Positions 11,201 through 25,973 of a DNA stretch of 64,000 nucleotides are shown here, piece after piece (positions within the stretch are counted from its first letter, which is position 1; every line of letters begins with the position of its first letter). A program made the position numbers and the translations under genes. The notes under the pieces were generated by a model. The model made no database searches. It saw only the letters and a list, made by a program, of their open reading frames with translations, and was not told the origin of the DNA. The stretch comes from Auanema rhodensis (Eukaryota; Animalia; Nematoda): assembly GCA_964057225.1 (NCBI GenBank), contig OZ059899.1:1736001-1800000 (forward strand), read 5' to 3'.

Positions 11201-12636
11201 GATGAACAATGTTATTCAACGAAAAAATCAATTCTTCAGGGTGAAAATCGAGGATATAAGTGTGAACTTATATCAGTTGATATCTCGGTGCATTTTTAAG
11301 CTAGCGCAAATCTGATAACACAGATCGACGCAGCTTAAAAATCCGCATCAAATGCACTATACTACATTGAGAAACGCTTGATACAAAAATTAGTTATGAT
11401 CGTTTGAAAAATGATGCATTAGTGTATGTTGAGTTTCCATGTACACTCAACATTGCTTCCAAAAACATTTTGACAAAAATTTTTTCGAAAAATTTCAAAT
11501 ACATTTAGCAAAAAGTAGATGTTTTTAGATTCCATTTCTCAAGGCAAAGACGATGGACAATGTTATTCAACGAAAAAATTAATTCTTCAGGGTGAAAATT
11601 GAGGATATAAGTGTGAACTTATATCAGTTGATATCTCGGTGCATTTTTAAGCTAGCGCAAATCTGATAACACAGATCGACGCAGCTTAAAAATCCGCATC
11701 GAATGCACTATACTACATTGAGAAACGCTTAATACAAAAATTAGTTATGATCGTTTGAAAAATGATGCATTAGTGTATGTTGAGTTTCCATGTACACTCA
11801 ACATTGCTTCCAAAAACATTTTGACAAAACTTTTTTTGAAAAATTTCAAAATAATTTAGCAAAAAGTAGATGTTTTTAGATTCCGTTTTTCAAGGCAAAG
11901 ACGATGGACAATGTTATTCAACGAAAAAATTAATTCTTCAGGGTGAAAATCGAGGATATAAGTGTGAACTTATATCAGTTGATATCTCGGTGCATTTTTA
12001 AGCTACCGCAAATCTGATAACACAGATCGACGCAGCTTAAAAATCCATATCAAATGCACTATACTACATTGAGAAACGCTTGATACAAAAATTAGTTATG
12101 ATCGTTTGAAAAATGATGCATTAGTGTATGTTGAGTTTCCATGTACACTCAACATTGCTTCCAAAAACATTTTGACAAAAATTTTTTCCAAAAATTTCAA
12201 AATAATTTAGCAAAAAGTAGATGTTTTTAGATTCCATTTTACAAGGCAAAGACGATGGACAATGTTATTCAACGAAAAAAATAATTCTTCAGGGTGAAAA
12301 TCGAGGATATAAGTGTGAACTTATATCAATTGATATCTCGGTGCATTTTTAAGCTAGCGCGAATCTGATAACACAGATCGACGCAGCTTAAAAATCCGCA
12401 TCGAATGCACTATACTACATTGAGAAACGCTTAATACAAAAATTAGTTATGATCGTTTGAAAAATGATGCATTAGTGTATGTTGAGTTTCCATGTACACT
12501 CAACATTGCTACCAAAAACATTTTGACAAAAATTTTTTTGAAAAATTTCAGAATAATTTAGCAAAAAGTAGATGTTTTTAGATTCCATTTTTCAAGGCAA
12601 AGACGATGGACAATGTTATTCAACGAAAAAAATAAT
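4915..12636. repeat. 11-monomer higher-order repeat (3861 bp), two copies (4915-8775 / 8776-12636), with an internal 5-mer substructure
   Basis: Private markers AAATACATTT at 7641/11502 and GCGCGAATCT at 8500/12361 are both 3861 apart. The monomer haplotype order matches throughout, with two small discordances. Confidence 0.88.
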
Positions 12637-15600
12637 TCTTCAGGGTGAAAATCGAGGATATAAGTGTGAACTTATATCAGTTGATATCTCGGTGCATTTT
12701 CAAGCTAGCGCAAATCTGATAACACAGATCGACGCAGCTTAAAAATCCGCATCGAATGCACTATACTACATTGAGAAAAACTTAATACAAAAATTAGTTA
12801 TGATCGTTTGAAAAATGATGCATTAGTGTATGTTGAGTTTCCATGTACACTCAACATTGCTTCCAAAAACATTTTGACAAAAATTTTTTCGAAAAATTTC
12901 GAAATAATTTAGCAAAAAGTAGATGTTTTTAGATTCCATTTTTAAGGCAAAGACGATGAACAATGTTATTCAACGAAAAAATCAATTCTTCAGGGTGAAA
13001 ATCGAGGATATAAGTGTGAACTTATATCAGTTGATATCTCGGTGCATTTTTAAGCTAGCGCAAATCTGATAACACAGATCGACGCAGCTTAAAAATCCGC
13101 ATCGAATGCACTATACTACATTGAGAAAAACTTAATACAAAAATTAGTTATGATCGTTTGAAAAATGATGCATTAGTGTATGTTGAGTTTCCATGTACAC
13201 TCAACATTGCTTCCAAAAACATTTTGACAAAAATTTTTTCGAAAAATTTCGAAATAATTTAGCAAAAAGTAGATGTTTTTAGATTCCATTTTTCAAGGCA
13301 AAGACGATGGACAATGTTATTCAACGAAAAAAATAATTCTTCAGGGTGAAAATCGAGGATATAAGTGTGAACTTATATCAGTTGATATCTCGGTGCATTT
13401 TTAAGCTAGCGCAAATCTGATAACACAGATCGACGCAACTTAAAAATCCGCATCGAATGCACTATACTACATTGAGAAACGCTTGATACAAAAATTAGTT
13501 ATGATCGTTTGAAAAATGATGCATTAGTGTATGTTGAGTTTCCATGTACACTCAACATTGCTTCCAAAAACATTTTGACAAAAATTTTTTCGAAAAATTT
13601 CAAAATAATTTAGCAAAAAGTAGATGTTTTTAAATTTTTTTTTTCAAGGCAAAGACGATGAACAATGTTATTCAACGAAAAAATCAATTCTTCAGGGTGA
13701 AAATCGAGGATATAAGTGTGAACTTATATCAGTTGATATCTCGGTGCATTTTTAAGCTAGCGCAAATCTGATAACACAGATCGACGCAGCTTAAAAATCC
13801 GCATCAAATGCACTATACTACATTGAGAAACGCTTGATACAAAAATTAGTTATGATCGTTTGAAAAATGATGCATTAGTGTATGTTGAGTTTCCATGTAC
13901 ACTCAACATTGCTTCCAAAAACATTTTGACAAAAATTTTTTCGAAAAATTTCAAATAAATTTAGCAAAAAGTAGATGTTTTTAGATTCCATTTCTCAAGG
14001 CAAAGACGATGGACAATGTTATTCAACGAAAAAATTAATTCTTCAGGGTGAAAATCGAGGATATAAGTGTGAACTTATATCAGTTGATATCTCGGTGCAT
14101 TTTCAAGCTAGCGCAAATCTGATAACACAGATCGACGCAGCTTAAAAATCCGCATCGAATGCACTATACTACATTGAGAAAAACTTAATACAAAAATTAG
14201 TTATGATCGTTTGAAAAATGATGCATTAGTGTATGTTGAGTTTCCATGTACACTCAACATTGCTTCCAAAAACATTTTGACAAAAATTTTTTCGAAAAAT
14301 TTCGAAATAATTTAGCAAAAAGTAGATGTTTTTAGATTCCATTTTTCAAGGCAAAGACGATGGACAATGTTATTCAACGAAAAAAATAATTCTTCAGGGT
14401 GAAAATCGAGGATATAAGTGTGAACTTATATCAGTTGATATCTCGGTGCATTTTCAAGCTAGCGCAAATCTGATAACACAGATCGACGCAGCTTAAAAAT
14501 CCGCATCGAATGCACTATACTACATTGAGAAAAACTTAATACAAAAATTAGTTATGATCGTTTGAAAAATGATGCATTAGTGTATGTTGAGTTTCCATGT
14601 ACACTCAACATTGCTTCCAAAAACATTTTGACAAAAATTTTTTCGAAAAATTTCAAAATAATTTAGCAAAAAGTAGATGTTTTTAGATTCCATTTTACAA
14701 GGCAAAGACGATGGACAATGTTATTCAACGAAAAAAATAATTCTTCAGGGTGAAAATCGAGGATATAAGTGTGAACTTATATCAATTGATATCTCGGTGC
14801 ATTTTTAAGCTAGCGCAAATCTGATAACACAGATCGACGCAGCTTAAAAATCCGCATCGAATGCACTATACTACATTGAGAAACGCTTAATACAAAAATT
14901 AGTTATGATCGTTTGAAAAATGATGCATTAGTGTATGTTGAGTTTCCATGTACACTCAACATTGCTACCAAAAACATTTTGACAAAAATTTTTTTGAAAA
15001 ATTTCAGAATAATTTAGCAAAAAGTAGATGTTTTTAGATTCCATTTTTCAAGGCAAAGACGATGGACAATGTTATTCAACGAAAAAAATAATTCTTCAGG
15101 GTGAAAATCGAGGATATAAGTGTGAACTTATATCAGTTGATATCTCGGTGCATTTTCAAGCTAGCGCAAATCTGATAACACAGATCGACGCAGCTTAAAA
15201 ATCCGCATCGAATGCACTATACTACATTGAGAAAAACTTAATACAAAAATTAGTTATGATCGTTTGAAAAATGATGCATTAGTGTATGTTGAGTTTCCAT
15301 GTACACTCAACATTGCTTCCAAAAACATTTTGACAAAAATTTTTTCGAAAAATTTCGAAATAATTTAGCAAAAAGTAGATGTTTTTAGATTCCATTTTTC
15401 AAGGCAAAGACGATGGACAATGTTATTCAACGAAAAAAATAATTCTTCAGGGTGAAAATCGAGGATATAAGTGTGAACTTATATCAGTTGATATCTCGGT
15501 GCATTTTCAAGCTAGCGCAAATCTGATAACACAGATCGACGCAGCTTAAAAATCCGCATCGAATGCACTATACTACATTGAGAAAAACTTAATACAAAAA

Positions 15601-18600
15601 TTAGTTATGATCGTTTGAAAAATGATGCATTAGTGTATGTTGAGTTTCCATGTACACTCAACATTGCTTCCAAAAACATTTTGACAAAAATTTTTTCGAA
15701 AAATTTCGAAATAATTTAGCAAAAAGTAGATGTTTTTAGATTCCATTTTTCAAGGCAAAGACGATGGACAATGTTATTCAACGAAAAAAATAATTCTTCA
15801 GGGTGAAAATCGAGGATATAAGTGTGAACTTATATCAGTTGATATCTCGGTGCATTTTTAAGCTAGCGCAAATCTGATAACACAGATCGACGCAACTTAA
15901 AAATCCGCATCGAATGCACTATACTACATTGAGAAACGCTTGATACAAAAATTAGTTATGATCGTTTGAAAAATGATGCATTAGTGTATGTTGAGTTTCC
16001 ATGTACACTCAACATTGCTTCCAAAAACATTTTGACAAAAATTTTTTCGAAAAATTTCAAAATAATTTAGCAAAAAGTAGATGTTTTTAAATTCTTTTTT
16101 TCAAGGCAAAGACGATGAACAATGTTATTCAACGAAAAAATCAATTCTTCAGGGTGAAAATCGAGGATATAAGTGTGAACTTATATCAGTTGATATCTCG
16201 GTGCATTTTTAAGCTAGCGCAAATCTGATAACACAGATCGACGCAGCTTAAAAATCCGCATCAAATGCACTATACTACATTGAGAAACGCTTGATACAAA
16301 AATTAGTTATGATCGTTTGAAAAATGATGCATTAGTGTATGTTGAGTTTCCATGTACACTCAACATTGCTTCCAAAAACATTTTGACAAAAATTTTTTCG
16401 AAAAATTTCAAATAAATTTAGCAAAAAGTAGATGTTTTTAGATTCCATTTCTCAAGGCAAAGACGATGGACAATGTTATTCAACGAAAAAATTAATTCTT
16501 CAGGGTGAAAATTGAGGATATAAGTGTGAACTTATATCAGTTGATATCTCGGTGCATTTTTAAGCTAGCGCAAATCTGATAACACAGATCGACGCAGCTT
16601 AAAAATCCGCATCGAATGCACTATACTACATTGAGAAACGCTTAATACAAAAATTAGTTATGATCGTTTGAAAAATGATGCATTAGTGTATGTTGAGTTT
16701 CCATGTACACTCAACATTGCTTCCAAAAACATTTTGACAAAACTTTTTTTGAAAAATTTCAAAATAATTTAGCAAAAAGTAGATGTTTTTAGATTCCGTT
16801 TTTCAAGGCAAAGACGATGGACAATGTTATTCAACGAAAAAATTAATTCTTCAGGGTGAAAATCGAGGATATAAGTGTGAACTTATATCAGTTGATATCT
16901 CGGTGCATTTTTAAGCTACCGCAAATCTGATAACACAGATCGACGCAGCTTAAAAATCCATATCAAATGCACTATACTACATTGAGAAACGCTTGATACG
17001 AAAATTAGTTATGATCGTTTGAAAAATGATGCATTAGTGTATGTTGAGTTTCCATGTACACTCAACATTGCTTCCAAAAACATTTTGACAAAAATTTTTT
17101 CCAAAAATTTCAAAATAATTTAGCAAAAAGTAGATGTTTTTAGATTCCATTTTACAAGGCAAAGACGATGGACAATGTTATTCAACGAAAAAAATAATTC
17201 TTCAGGGTGAAAATCGAGGATATAAGTGTGAACTTATATCAATTGATATCTCGGTGCATTTTTAAGCTAGCGCAAATCTGATAACACAGATCGACGCAGC
17301 TTAACAATCCGCATCGAATGCACTATACTACATTGAGAAACGCTTAATACAAAAATTAGTTATGATCGTTTGAAAAATGATGCATTAGTGTATGTTGAGT
17401 TTCCATGTACACTCAACATTGCTACCAAAAACATTTTGACAAAAATTTTTTTGAAAAATTTCAGAATAATTTAGCAAAAAGTAGATGTTTTTAGATTCCA
17501 TTTTTCAAGGCAAAGACGATGGACAATGTTATTCAACGAAAACAATAATTCTTCAGGGTGAAAATCGAGGATATAAGTGTGAACTTATATCAGTTGATAT
17601 CTCGGTGCATTTTTAAGCTAGCGCAAATCTGATAACACAGATCGACGCAGCTTAAAAATCCGCATCGAATGCACTATACTACATTGAGAAAAACTTAATA
17701 CAAAAATTAGTTATGATCGTTTGAAAAATGATGCATTAGTGTATGTTGAGTTTCCATGTACACTCAACATTGCTTCCAAAAACATTTTGACAAAAATTTT
17801 TTCGAAAAATTTCGAAATAATTTAGCAAAAAGTAGATGTTTTTAGATTCCATTTTTCAAGGCAAAGACGATGGACAATGTTATTCAACGAAAAAAATAAT
17901 TCTTCAGGGTGAAAATCGAGGATATAAGTGTGAACTTATATCAGTTGATATCTCGGTGCATTTTTAAGCTAGCGCAAATCTGATAACACAGATCGACGCA
18001 ACTTAAAAATCCGCATCGAATGCACTATACTACATTGAGAAACGCTTGATACAAAAATTAGTTATGATCGTTTGAAAAATGATGCATTAGTGTATGTTGA
18101 GTTTCCATGTACACTCAACATTGCTTCCAAAAACATTTTGACAAAAATTTTTTCGAAAAATTTCAAAATAATTTAGCAAAAAGTAGATGTTTTTAAATTC
18201 TTTTTTTCAAGGCAAAGACGATGAACAATGTTATTCAACGAAAAAATCAATTCTTCAGGGTGAAAATCGAGGATATAAGTGTGAACTTATATCAGTTGAT
18301 ATCTCGGTGCATTTTTAAGCTAGCGCAAATCTGATAACACAGATCGACGCAGCTTAAAAATCCGCATCAAATGCACTATACTACATTGAGAAACGCTTGA
18401 TACAAAAATTAGTTATGATCGTTTGAAAAATGATGCATTAGTGTATGTTGAGTTTCCATGTACACTCAACATTGCTTCCAAAAACATTTTGACAAAAATT
18501 TTTTCGAAAAATTTCAAATAAATTTAGCAAAAAGTAGATGTTTTTAGATTCCATTTTTCAAGGCAAAGACGATGGACAATGTTGTTCAACGAAAAAATTA

Positions 18601-21600
18601 ATTCTTCAGGGTGAAAATCGAGGATATAAGTGTGAACTTATATCAGTTGATATCTCGGTGCATTTTTAAGCTAGCGCAAATCTGATAACACAGATCGACG
18701 CAGCTTAAAAATCCGCATCGAATGCACTATACTACATTGAGAAACGCTTAATACAAAAATTAGTTATGATCGTTTGAAAAATGATGCATTAGTGTATGTT
18801 GAGTTTCCATGTACACTCAACATTGCTTCCAAAAACATTTTGACAAAACTTTTTTTGAAAAATTTCAAAATAATTTAGGAAAAAGTAGATGTTTTTAGAT
18901 TCCGTTTTTCAAGGCAAAGACGATGGACAATGTTATTCAACGAAAAAATTAATTCTTCAGGGTGAAAATCGAGGATATAAGTGTGAACTTATATCAGTTG
19001 ATATCTCGGTGCATTTTTAAGCTACCGCAAATCTGATAACACAGATCGACGCAGCTTATAAATCCGCATCAAATGCACTATACTACATTGAAAAACGCTT
19101 GATACAAAAATTAGTTATGATCGTTTGAAAAATGATGCATTAGTGTATGTTGAGTTTCCATGTACACTCAACATTGCTTCCAAAAACATTTTGACAAAAA
19201 TTTTTTCGAAAAATTTCAAATAAATTTAGCAAAAAGTAGATGTTTTTAGATTCCATTTTTCAAGGCAAAGACGATGGACAATGTTGTTCAACGAAAAAAT
19301 TAATTCTTCAGGGTGAAAATCGAGGATATAAGTGTGAACTTATATCAGTTGATATCTCGGTGCATTTTTAAGCTAGCGCAAATCTGATAGCACAGATCGA
19401 CGCAGCTTAAAAATCCGCATCGAATGCACTATACTACATTGAGAAACGCTTGATACAAAAATTAGTTAAGATCGTTTGAAAAATGATGCATTAGTGTATG
19501 TTGAGTTTCCATGTACACTCAGCATTGCTTCCAAAAACATTTTGACAAAAATTTTTTTGAAAAATTTCAGAATAATTTAGCAAAAAGTAGATGTTTTTAG
19601 ATTCCATTTTTCAAGGCAAAGACGATGGACAATGTTATTCAACGAAAAAAATAATTCTTCAGGGTGAAAATCGAGGATATAAGTGTGAACTTATATCAGT
19701 TGATATCTCGGTGCATTTTTAAGCTAGCGCAAATCTGATAACACAGATCGACGCAGCTTAAAAATCCGCATCGAATGCACTATACTACATTGAGAAACGC
19801 TTGATACAAAAATTAGTTATGATCGTTTGAAAAATGATGCATTAGTGTATGTTGAGTTTCCATGTACACTCAACATTGCTTCCAAAAACATTTTGACAAA
19901 AATTTTTTCGAAAAATTTCAAATAAATTTAGCAAAAAGTAGATGTTTTTAGATTCCATTTCTCAAGGCAAAGACGATGGACAATGTTATTCAACGAAAAA
20001 ATTAATTCTTCAGGGTGAAAATTGAGGATATAAGTGTGAACTTATATCAGTTGATATCTCGGTGCATTTTTAAGCTAGCGCAAATCTGATAACACAGATC
20101 GACGCAGCTTAAAAATCCGCATCGAATGCACTATACTACATTGAGAAACGCTTGATACAAAAATTAGTTATGATCGTTTGAAAAATGATGCATTAGTGTA
20201 TGTTGAGTTTCCATGTACACTCAACATTGCTTCCAAAAACATTTTGACAAAACTTTTTTTGAAAAATTTCAAAATAATTTAGCAAAAAGTAGATGTTTTT
20301 AGATTCCATTTTACAAGGCAAAGACGATGGACAATGTTATTCAACGAAAAAAATAATTCTTCAGGGTGAAAATCGAGGATATAAGTGTGAACTTATATCA
20401 ATTGATATCTCGGTGCATTTTTAAGCTAGCGCAAATCTGATAACACAGATCGACGCAGCTTAAAAATCCGCATCGAATGCACTATACTACATTGAGAAAC
20501 GCTTAATACAAAAATTAGTTATGATCGTTTGAAAAATGATGCATTAGTGTATGTTGAGTTTCCATGTACACTCCACATTGCTACCAAAAACATTTTGACA
20601 AAAATTTTTTTGAAAAATTTCAGAATAATTTAGCAAAAAGTAGATGTTTTTAGATTCCATTTTTCAAGGCAAAGACGATGGACAATGTTATTCAACGAAA
20701 AAAATAATTCTTCAGGGTGAAAATCGAGGATATAAGTGTGAACTTATATCAGTTGATATCTCGGTGCATTTTTAAGCTAGCGCAAATCTGATAACACAGA
20801 TCGACGCAGCTTAAAAATCCGCATCGAATGCACTATACTACATTGAGAAAAACTTAATACAAAAATTAGTTATGATCGTTTGAAAAATGATGCATTAGTG
20901 TATGTTGAGTTTCCATGTACACTCAACATTGCTTCCAAAAACATTTTGACAAAAATTTTTTCGAAAATTTTCGAAATAATTTAGCAAAAAGTAGATGTTT
21001 TTAGATTCCATTTTTCAAGGCAAAGACGATGGACAATGTTATTCAACGAAAAAAATAATTCTTCAGGGTGAAAATCGAGGATATAAGTGTGAACTTATAT
21101 CAGTTGATATCTCGGTGCATTTTTAAGCTAGCGCAAATCTGATAACACAGATCGACGCAACTTAAAAATCCGCATCGAATGCACTATACTACATTGAGAA
21201 ACGCTTGATACAAAAATTAGTTATGATCGTTTGAAAAATGATGCATTAGTGTATGTTGAGTTTCCATGTACACTCAACATTGCTTCCAAAAACATTTTGA
21301 CAAAAATTTTTTCGAAAAATTTCAAAATAATTTAGCAAAAAGTAGATGTTTTTAAATTCTTTTTTTCAAGGCAAAGACGATGAACAATGTTATTCAACGA
21401 AAAAATCAATTCTTCAGGGTGAAAATCGAGGATATAAGTGTGAACTTATATCAGTTGATATCTCGGTGCATTTTTAAGCTAGCGCAAATCTGATAACACA
21501 GATCGACGCAGCTTAAAAATCCGCATCAAATGCACTATACTACATTGAGAAACGCTTGATACAAAAATTAGTTATGATCGTTTGAAAAATGATGCATTAG

Positions 21601-22463
21601 TGTATGTTGAGTTTCCATGTACACTCAACATTGCTTCCAAAAACATTTTGACAAAAATTTTTTCGAAAAATTTCAAATAAATTTAGCAAAAAGTAGATGT
21701 TTTTAGATTCCATTTCTCAAGGCAAAGACGATGGACAATGTTATTCAACGAAAAAATTAATTCTTCAGGGTGAAAATTGAGGATATAAGTGTGAACTTAT
21801 ATCAGTTGATATCTCGGTGCATTTTTAAGCTAGCGCAAATCTGATAACACAGATCGACGCAGCTTAAAAATCCGCATCGAATGCACTATACTACATTGAG
21901 AAACGCTTAATACAAAAATTAGTTATGATCGTTTGAAAAATGATGCATTAGTGTATGTTGAGTTTCCATGTACACTCAACATTGCTTCCAAAAACATTTT
22001 GACAAAAATTTTTTCGAAAAATTTCAAATAAATTTAGCAAAAAGTAGATGTTTTTAGATTCCATTTCTCAAGGCAAAGACGATGGACAATGTTATTCAAC
22101 GAAAAAATTAATTCTTCAGGGTGAAAATTGAGGATATAAGTGTGAACTTATATCAGTTGATATCTCGGTGCATTTTTAAGCTAGCGCAAATCTGATAACA
22201 CAGATCGACGCAGCTTAAAAATCCGCATCGAATGCACTATACTACATTGAGAAACGCTTAATACAAAAATTAGTTATGATCGTTTGAAAAATGATGCATT
22301 AGTGTATGTTGAGTTTCCATGTACACTCAACATTGCTTCCAAAAACATTTTGACAAAACTTTTTTTGAAAAATTTCAAAATAATTTAGCAAAAAGTAGAT
22401 GTTTTTAGATTCCGTTTTTCAAGGCAAAGACGATGGACAATGTTATTCAACGAAAAAATTAAT

Positions 22464-25400
22464 TCTTCAGGGTGAAAATCGAGGATATAAGTGTGAACTT
22501 ATATCAGTTGATATCTCGGTGCATTTTTAAGCTACCGCAAATCTGATAACACAGATCGACGCAGCTTAAAAATCCATATCAAATGCACTATACTACATTG
22601 AGAAACGCTTGATACAAAAATTAGTTATGATCGTTTGAAAAATGATGCATTAGTGTATGTTGAGTTTCCATGTACACTCAACATTGCTTCCAAAAACATT
22701 TTGACAAAAATTTTTTCGAAAAATTTCAAAATAATTTAGCAAAAAGTAGATGTTTTTAAATTCTTTTTTTCAAGGCAAAGACGATGAACAATGTTATTCA
22801 ACGAAAAAATCAATTCTTCAGGGTGAAAATCGAGGATATAAGTGTGAACTTATATCAGTTGATATCTCGGTGCATTTTTAAGCTAGCGCAAATCTGATAA
22901 CACAGATCGACGCAGCTTAAAAATCCGCATCAAATGCACTATACTACATTGAGAAACGCTTGATACAAAAATTAGTTATGATCGTTTGAAAAATGATGCA
23001 TTAGTGTATGTTGAGTTTCCATGTACACTCAACATTGCTTCCAAAAACATTTTGACAAAACTTTTTTTGAAAAATTTCAAAATAATTTAGCAAAAAGTAG
23101 ATGTTTTTAGATTCCGTTTTTCAAGGCAAAGACGATGGACAATGTTATTCAACGAAAAAATTAATTCTTCAGGGTGAAAATCGAGGATATAAGTGTGAAC
23201 TTATATCAGTTGATATCTCGGTGCATTTTTAAGCTACCGCAAATCTGATAACACAGATCGAAGCAGCTTAAAAATCCGCAACAAATGCACTATACTACAT
23301 TGAGAAACGCTTGATACAAAAATTAGTTATGATCGTTTGAAAAATGATGCATTAGTGTATGTTGAGTTTCCATGTACACTCAACATTGCTTCCAAAAACA
23401 TTTTGACAAAAATTTTTTCGAAAAATTTCGAAATAATTTAGCAAAAAGTAGATGTTTTTAGATTCCATTTTTCAAGGCAAAGACGATGGACAATGTTATT
23501 CAACGAAAAAATTAATTCTTCAGGGTGAAAATCGAGGATATAAGTGTGAACTTATATCAGTTGATATCTCGGTGCATTTTTAAGCTACCGCAAATCTGAT
23601 AACACAGATCGACGCAGCTTAAAAATCCATATCAAATGCACTATACTACATTGAGAAACGCTTGATACAAAAATTAGTTATGATCGTTTGAAAAATGATG
23701 CATTAGTGTATGTTGAGTTTCCATGTACACTCAACATTGCTTCCAAAAACATTTTGACAAAAATTTTTTCGAAAAATTTCAAAATAATTTAGCAAAAAGT
23801 AGATGTTTTTAAATTCTTTTTTTCAAGGCAAAGACGATGAACAATGTTATTCAACGAAAAAATCAATTCTTCAGGGTGAAAATCGAGGATATAAGTGTGA
23901 ACTTATATCAGTTGATATCTCGGTGCATTTTTAAGCTAGCGCAAATCTGATAACACAGATCGACGCAGCTTAAAAATCCGCATCAAATGCACTATACTAC
24001 ATTGAGAAACGCTTGATACAAAAATTAGTTATGATCGTTTGAAAAATGATGTATTAGTGTATGTTGAGTTTCCATGTACACTCAACATTGCTTCCAAAAA
24101 CATTTTGACAAAACTTTTTTTGAAAAATTTCAGAATAATTTAGCAAAAAGTAGATGTTTTTAGATTCCGTTTTTCAAGGCAAAGACGATGGACAATGTTA
24201 TTCAACGAAAAAATTAATTCTTCAGGGTGAAAATCGAGGATATAAGTGTGAACTTATATCAGTTGATATCTCGGTGCATTTTTAAGCTACCGCAAATCTG
24301 ATAACACAGATCGAAGCAGCTTAAAAATCCGCAACAAATGCACTATACTACATTGAGAAACGCTTGATACAAAAATTAGTTATGATCGTTTGAAAAATGA
24401 TGCATTAGTGTATGTTGAGTTTCCATGTACACTCAACATTGCTTCCAAAAACATTTTGACAAAAATTTTTTCGAAAAATTTCGAAATAATTTAGCAAAAA
24501 TGAGATGTTTTTAGATTCCATTTTTCAAGGCAAAGACGATGGACAATGTTATTCAACGAAAAAAATAATTCTTCAGGGTGAAAATCGAGGATATAAGTGT
24601 GAACTTATATCAGTTGATATCTTGGTGCATTTTTAAGCTAGCGCAAATCTGATAACACAGATCGACGCAACTTAAAAATCCGCATCGAATGCACTATACT
24701 ACATTGAGAAACGCTCGATACAAAAATTAGTTATGATCGTTTGAAAAATGATGCATTAGTGTATGTTGAGTTTCCATGTACACTCAACATTGCTTCCAAA
24801 AACATTTTGACAAAAATTTTTTCGAAAAATTTCAAAATAATTTAGCAAAAAGTAGATGTTTTTAAATTCTTTTTTTCAAGGCAAAGACGATGAACAATGT
24901 TATTCAACGAAAAAATCAATTCTTCAGGGTGAAAATCGAGGATATAAGTGTGAACTTATATCAGTTGATATCTCGGTGCATTTTTAAGCTAGCGCAAATC
25001 TGATAACACAGATCGACGCAGCTTAAAAATCCGCATCAAATGCACTATACTACATTGAGAAACGCTTGATACAAAAATTAGTTATGATCGTTTGAAAAAT
25101 GATGCATTAGTGTATGTTGAGTTTCCATGTACACTCAACATTGCTTCCAAAAACATTTTGACAAAACTTTTTTTGAAAAATTTCAAAATAATTTAGCAAA
25201 AAGTAGATGTTTTTAGATTCCGTTTTTCAAGGCAAAGACGATGGACAATGTTATTCAACGAAAAAATTAATTCTTCAGGGTGAAAATCGAGGATATAAGT
25301 GTGAACTTATATCAGTTGATATCTCGGTGCATTTTTAAGCTACCGCAAATCTGATAACACAGATCGAAGCAGCTTAAAAATCCGCAACAAATGCACTATA

Positions 25401-25973
25401 CTACATTGAGAAACGCTTGATACAAAAATTAGTTATGATCGTTTGAAAAATGATGCATTAGTGTATGTTGAGTTTCCATGTACACTCAACATTGCTTCCA
25501 AAAACATTTTGACAAAAATTTTTTCGAAAAATTTCGAAATAATTTAGCAAAAAGTAGATGTTTTTAGATTCCATTTTTCAAGGCAAAGACGATGGACAAT
25601 GTTATTCAACGAAAAAAATAATTCTTCAGGGTGAAAATCGAGGATATAAGTGTGAACTTATATCAGTTGATATCTTGGTGCATTTTTAAGCTAGCGCAAA
25701 TCTGATAACACAGATCGACGCAACTTAAAAATCCGCATCGAATGCACTATACTACATTGAGAAACGCTTGATACAAAAATTAGTTATGATCGTTTGAAAA
25801 ATGATGCATTAGTGTATGTTGAGTTTCCATGTACACTCAACATTGCTTCCAAAAACATTTTGACAAAAATTTTTTCGAAAAATTTCAAAATAATTTAGCA
25901 AAAAGTAGATGTTTTTAAATTCTTTTTTTCAAGGCAAAGACGATGAACAATGTTATTCAACGAAAAAATCAAT
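22464..25973. repeat. 3-monomer higher-order repeat (1053 bp), ~3 copies
   Basis: ATCGAAGCAG+GCAACAAAT occurs in monomers starting 23166, 24219 and 25272. ATCTTGGTGC occurs at 24623 and 25676. All spacings are 1053. Confidence 0.8.
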
